NCBI GenBank assembly: GCA_963693055.1
Contig: OY843751.1
Location: forward strand, 3,552,001-3,616,000
Direction of reading: 5' to 3'
From: a bacterium
GTDB lineage: Bacteria > Zhuqueibacterota > Zhuqueibacteria > Residuimicrobiales > Krinioviventaceae
DNA length: 64,000 nt
Within the stretch, counting starts at the first letter, position 1; every line of letters starts with the position of its first letter. The notes beneath the pieces were generated by a model. It saw only the letters and a program-made list of their open reading frames with translations. It was not told the DNA's origin and did not search any database. Both the position numbers and the translations under genes were made by a program. Shown here piece after piece: positions 59,649-64,000 of the stretch.

Positions 59649-62132
59649 CTATTTATATGCTGGCTGTAACGTTTTAAAAACTTTCAGGGATACCGGACCC
59701 TCTGACGGCCACTTGCCATCAGGCATTGGGATGGTTACCAAAGATTCGGGATCCAACACAACATGTTTGATCCGTTCGCGGTGCCAGGTATATACAATAT
59801 GTACCAATCCGTCACGGGATTGGATGACTGACGGATACGAAAACTGCTTGCCATAGTCGTCAAGATAATCAAGGATCATGGCAGCTTCCCAGTTGATGCC
59901 GTCACGACTTGTTGCAACATTTAATATTCCGCGGCCCTTGCGTCCCATACCCGGCTGGGTACGTGTTGAATGGTTATAAACGAGCAGTTGCCGACCATCT
60001 TTTAACGTTACACCATCCAATCCTGAATTGTTGTTAGGCATGCCCAACGTATCCAGGGGTGTCCAGGTAAGCCCCTTATCCTCTGACCAGCTTTCACCGA
60101 TAAAACCATGTTTTGAACTGGTCCGACAAAGTAACTGAATGCGCCCATCAGGATAGGTTAAAAGCGTTGGCTGAATAGCTCCAAATCCATCCTTTGGTAG
60201 AATGGGTCCAATAAAGGTCCAGGATTTGCCATTATCTGTACTGCGCTCAACATGCACACGCCACCCGTTTTCATCTTCAATACTTGAAGGGGACAAGATG
60301 GTACCATCCGCAAGCTGAATGGGTTTATTCTTGACCGCACCAATAAAATCATTACCCACTTTTTGGGGTTTGCTCCAGGTATGGCCGCCATCGCTCGAGG
60401 TCTTGACTCGCCCCATAAATTCTGTTTCAGGTATAAAGACTTTGTAAAAAAGCAAGAGATCCCCGCCTTGAGGTTGAAACAATACAGGATTCCCGGTAGC
60501 CATACGTTCGCCACCTTCATCTCCATCGGCTACACTTACGGGAGCAGACCATGCACCTCCGGGAGCTTTACGAGACATCCAGATTTCAACATCAGGATTC
60601 CCCTCCCCTGATCCTGCAAAATACACACACAACAGCTCACCGTTTTCCAGTTCCAGTATTGATGAGGAATGACAGGATCGGAACGGTCGCGAGTCTCCAA
60701 AAACAAATTCTTCTAATTGCAATCCCGCGCGTTCGGTCAAATTTATATAATCAATAAATATTGCCGGATCCGTATTATTGAGATACTCTTCAAGGTTGGT
60801 ATATCCATCTCCATCCTTGTCCATTTTACCATCAGACGCATCATGGGGATCAAAGCCCATTTCCTTTTCCCAAGAATCCGGCATACCATCCTGGTCCGTA
60901 TCGATCGGTGCGGAAGCGGAAACAAGCTCAGGCCAGCCGCCGACATCATTCTGGCTTGTGATGATCTTGCCGGTGCGGTTTTTGACAGATGTGACAATAC
61001 GTATGTCCACAGCATCCCGTTTTGGCAGAATTGCCCCGCCACTCTGCAAAACGCGTTTATATGCTTCAGGTGCTTCCAAATGTTTTACAGGGCCGGTTTC
61101 AAAAGGTTGATCTTTTTTATAATTGCAAATATCATTATCAGACCAGGATTCCCGCCATCTCAGCAAACTCCATTGGTCCTCAACGAGTTGACCATCATAA
61201 TAATTTTCGGCAAAATAAGAACGGTTATAAGGTGAACCGGTGGAATAAGCAATACCATTATTTGCTGAATTTATACCGGGTATGAGATAATTGCCCACAT
61301 AATTCAAACGTGTAATGCTTATTGCGTCATTGCTATAACCCGCATAATCACCGCCCCAGTTATAGATTACATTGTTTCTGAAATCAAGCAAAAATCCATC
61401 AGAGTCTTTAAAATAAGGATTATCATCATAATTACCCGGACGCGGATTACGACCGCGGTTGTGCGCGTAAAGGTTGTAAAGATAGCTGAATTTTGCACCA
61501 CCTGAACCGCGGATCAGGGAACCAAATCCGTGATTATCGGGATTTAAACCCTCGGTAATGAAACACCATTGAACGGTGATTCGGGTCATATTGGGATAAT
61601 GGGTCGAGGCAGATAACGCTTCATCCAGGCTCCAGCTTGCGGAACAGTGATCAATGATAATGTCCCATCCTTTGGAAACACTGATAGCATCTTTACCCTG
61701 AAGACCGCCGACGCCATGCATGGAATCGCCCAATCGACAACGGATGTAACGAATAATCACATCATGTGTAGCTACATCAAGGGTTTCACCTTTAATACAT
61801 ATTCCATCGCCCGGCGCTGTTTGTCCGGCAATGGTGATGTAAGGATTTTCAATATCAAGCTTACTTTTGATCTCAATGATACCCGAGATATCAAATACAA
61901 CCGTACGGCGGCCTTTTTGCTCTACTGCCCATCTCAGGCTTCCGGGTCCATCATCATTAAGGTTGGTAACATGTAGAACTTTGCCACCGCGTCCGCCTTT
62001 GGCATATGCGCCAAAACCTTCAGCACCAGGAAAAGCCGGAATTTCTTTCACTTCTGCCAACAAGCTTGATGTTATTAGTAAAAAAGAAACAGTACACAAC
62101 ATACTCAATCGTATCAAAATATTCTTTTTCAA
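59649..62132 (-). CDS. Bimodular PL1 pectate lyase + BNR/sialidase-like (GH33-like, candidate Kdo hydrolase) domain
   Basis: Probable TTG start 62132. PL1 from PAFPGAEGFG to DGYTNLEEYLN; then CHSSSI, GNPVL, Asp-boxes SSDGGHTW/STDNGKSW/SEDKGLTW/SRDGINW, KNKP, IQP, NNNSG, SYP, YTWHR. Confidence 0.82.
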   Translation of the reverse strand: MKKNILIRLSMLCTVSFLLITSSLLAEVKEIPAFPGAEGFGAYAKGGRGGKVLHVTNLNDDGPGSLRWAVEQKGRRTVVFDISGIIEIKSKLDIENPYITIAGQTAPGDGICIKGETLDVATHDVIIRYIRCRLGDSMHGVGGLQGKDAISVSKGWDIIIDHCSASWSLDEALSASTHYPNMTRITVQWCFITEGLNPDNHGFGSLIRGSGGAKFSYLYNLYAHNRGRNPRPGNYDDNPYFKDSDGFLLDFRNNVIYNWGGDYAGYSNDAISITRLNYVGNYLIPGINSANNGIAYSTGSPYNRSYFAENYYDGQLVEDQWSLLRWRESWSDNDICNYKKDQPFETGPVKHLEAPEAYKRVLQSGGAILPKRDAVDIRIVTSVKNRTGKIITSQNDVGGWPELVSASAPIDTDQDGMPDSWEKEMGFDPHDASDGKMDKDGDGYTNLEEYLNNTDPAIFIDYINLTERAGLQLEEFVFGDSRPFRSCHSSSILELENGELLCVYFAGSGEGNPDVEIWMSRKAPGGAWSAPVSVADGDEGGERMATGNPVLFQPQGGDLLLFYKVFIPETEFMGRVKTSSDGGHTWSKPQKVGNDFIGAVKNKPIQLADGTILSPSSIEDENGWRVHVERSTDNGKSWTFIGPILPKDGFGAIQPTLLTYPDGRIQLLCRTSSKHGFIGESWSEDKGLTWTPLDTLGMPNNNSGLDGVTLKDGRQLLVYNHSTRTQPGMGRKGRGILNVATSRDGINWEAAMILDYLDDYGKQFSYPSVIQSRDGLVHIVYTWHRERIKHVVLDPESLVTIPMPDGKWPSEGPVSLKVFKTLQPAYK

Positions 62133-62167
62133 AATCCCATCTCCCAAAAAGTTAATTACAACTTTTC

Positions 62168-63460
62168 TCATTTAGGTTCCAGACAACGGTTTATACGGGC
62201 CTCAAAATCATCGAGAAACGCTTTGCGCCATTGATTCACCGTAACAGCTCCATAGTGGGCACCCTCTTTAAATTCAGGCTCAAGCCTATCGGTCCACCAG
62301 TGCGTATGGGCTACTGCTTTGTCATATTTGGGCAAACTATTCTCTGCAACAGCAGTAAAAACACCTTTTCCGCCATCCAGCTCAGATATATCGCTCTTGA
62401 TTTGATAATTCCAAACACCAACAGCCTTTGGCGCAAAACGGAGTATATACTTGCCGTTTCCATAATAATAACCCTGAAAATCCTGTTTTGCAATAGTAAA
62501 AGTAAATTGCGGTTCATCGTTCGCAGGACCTATATCCGGTCCATCCAAAACAATCTCAATTATACCAAAAACTTCAACTTTGTCGTTTTTGTTTGTGTGT
62601 CCGTAAAAAACCGATTTTGGACGATAATCGGTTTTGGTATAACTCCCTCCCCAGCTTTCATCAGAGGGATCATCAGGATTCCCATGCAGCAGCCATGCAA
62701 CACTGGGAGTGTCTCCCATCTTGATACTGCCGCCATAATAGTTTCCAAAAGCAGTACCCAAAGCTCCATGACCGTCAATATTTTGCTTGAAAAACTCTAG
62801 GTTATCATAGCTACCATCCATTATTCCACCGTTGAACCAGCCACGATACGTGGAATTACTCTCAATCATCCATAAATCGGGGAAATTCTCTTCAATATAA
62901 TTGTATGCATCCGCACCCCACTTTTTATTGGGACCACCGATATAATAAATTCGTATCTTTTCCTGAATGCTCGGGTCATCATGCAATGCCTGTGCAACAT
63001 CCTCCAACAGCCCCCATACCAATATGTTCAGGGGACGTGGATCGTCCTTGTGCGTACATTTAATAATCCAGTCCGAGCCTTCTGTTGCGTCCCGGTAACC
63101 TTTGCCGGGTGCGCGATCAATTGCGCCCTGTTTGCACACAGCACGTAACACATCAGGATCAGGATAATTCTCTGACCATGTTTTTAAATTGTCATAATCT
63201 TTTTCATACAGATCAATGATATCAAAAATATCCTCTTTTGTACCCGCACCCCAAGGAGAAGCAATCAGTCCTTCGGTATCAAACACATCGGCATAAAGCA
63301 AATAATGGATCATGGATTGAAAATCATCAGGATCGCTGCCACCGATATCACTACTCACAATTACCCGGTATCGCTCACCAGTTAACGCTCCACTATGAGA
63401 TTGTGAAAATCCCAGAACAGGCAAAAAAATTATCGCCACTATTAAAATTATTCTTTTCAC
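62168..63460 (-). CDS. Second DUF1593 (nucleoside-hydrolase-like) secreted protein
   Basis: GTG start after AAGGAG; RVIVSSDIGGSDPDDFQS, TEGSDWII, DPRPL..VWG, KMGDTPS, SWGG. Confidence 0.78.
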   Translation of the reverse strand: MKRIILIVAIIFLPVLGFSQSHSGALTGERYRVIVSSDIGGSDPDDFQSMIHYLLYADVFDTEGLIASPWGAGTKEDIFDIIDLYEKDYDNLKTWSENYPDPDVLRAVCKQGAIDRAPGKGYRDATEGSDWIIKCTHKDDPRPLNILVWGLLEDVAQALHDDPSIQEKIRIYYIGGPNKKWGADAYNYIEENFPDLWMIESNSTYRGWFNGGIMDGSYDNLEFFKQNIDGHGALGTAFGNYYGGSIKMGDTPSVAWLLHGNPDDPSDESWGGSYTKTDYRPKSVFYGHTNKNDKVEVFGIIEIVLDGPDIGPANDEPQFTFTIAKQDFQGYYYGNGKYILRFAPKAVGVWNYQIKSDISELDGGKGVFTAVAENSLPKYDKAVAHTHWWTDRLEPEFKEGAHYGAVTVNQWRKAFLDDFEARINRCLEPK

Positions 63461-63567
63461 GGATTTGCTCCTTATTCAAGTCTATACATGTACAAGACAA
63501 AATAAATAATAATAATTAAAGAATAATTAAAACCACTTTTCAGGCCAAGCAAACACATTCCTTTATA

Positions 63568-64000
63568 TTATCTTTTTAAAATAGCTGTAGGCCTGGCTCC
63601 ATTTTCAAAAACAATCTGATTTTTCTCTAATTCAGAATTCAGTATTTCAATATCTTTGGTTTTGTTTCCAACCAATTTGATAAAAACATTGTCATTATTC
63701 ACAACTTTGGGTGAATCAATGGATACATTTATACTATTTGCAATAGTCAATGCCGGACCGGTTACAGGTTCAATACATACATTCTTTAACTGGATTCCAT
63801 CCGCATCTACGCACATTAATCCTTTATCTGCGGAAATATTGACATTATCCAGGTGTATGCCCCGTATTGGCATTTCCGGCAATCCCTGCAGCAAAACGGC
63901 ACGGCCCGCTCCACGACAGGTAACATCACTCAACCAGATATTACGGAATTGTGGAGTCTCTTCCGAAACAGGTACCGCAGGAGCGCCCTCATTCCCACCG
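63568..64000 (-). CDS. C-terminal part of a GH28 polygalacturonase-like beta-helix protein (5' end beyond window)
   Basis: Frame open to the window edge: PVSEETPQFRNIWLSDVTCRGAGRAVLLQGLPEMPI. Confidence 0.72.
   Translation of the reverse strand, partial: GGNEGAPAVPVSEETPQFRNIWLSDVTCRGAGRAVLLQGLPEMPIRGIHLDNVNISADKGLMCVDADGIQLKNVCIEPVTGPALTIANSINVSIDSPKVVNNDNVFIKLVGNKTKDIEILNSELEKNQIVFENGARPTAILKR

Noticed and set aside
1-64000. CRISPR arrays, IS elements, prophage, tRNA/rRNA
   Set aside because: No repeat-spacer periodicity, no transposase, integrase or phage motifs, and the intergenic gaps are short with no recognisable structural RNA.

Overview
Gene-dense bacterial chromosomal window. A YPNPFNP/FlgD-type C-terminal sorting domain, a TonB receptor and FadL, combined with canonical TTGACA/TATAAT promoters and GGAGG RBSs, suggest an FCB-superphylum organism outside Bacteroidota (KSB1/Calditrichota-like; inference). 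1-19.6 kb carries a truncated S8 protease, a LamG protein, thiI, and a fatty-acid module (TetR/FadR-etfB-etfA-fadF divergent from fadL) with a mirror-symmetric divergent promoter and four TGAA-N5-TTCA operators. It also carries a lipoprotein/TonB receptor pair, exported M49 and M3B peptidases, and an RNA methyltransferase. 19.8-64 kb is one co-oriented minus-strand locus of at least 44 kb, running off the right edge, that looks dedicated to the pectin rhamnogalacturonan-II (RG-II). Its CAZymes are GH28, PL1 x2 (one fused to a Kdo-hydrolase-like sialidase domain), GH138, CE12, GH127 of the aceric-acidase type, GH140, GH78, GH143 and PL11. It also includes a D-apiose ABC transporter with a transketolase pathway. 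The standout is the block GH143 - Fe-ADH - DapA-family aldolase - PdxA2 - DUF1537 kinase - SSS symporter. It reads as a complete, stereochemically consistent catabolic route for the rare RG-II sugar Dha (Dha -> pyruvate + D-threuronate -> D-threonate -> D-threonate-4-P -> DHAP + CO2), which I do not know to have been described. All family assignments come from motif recognition by eye; no searches were run. No rRNA, tRNA, CRISPR array or mobile element was seen.
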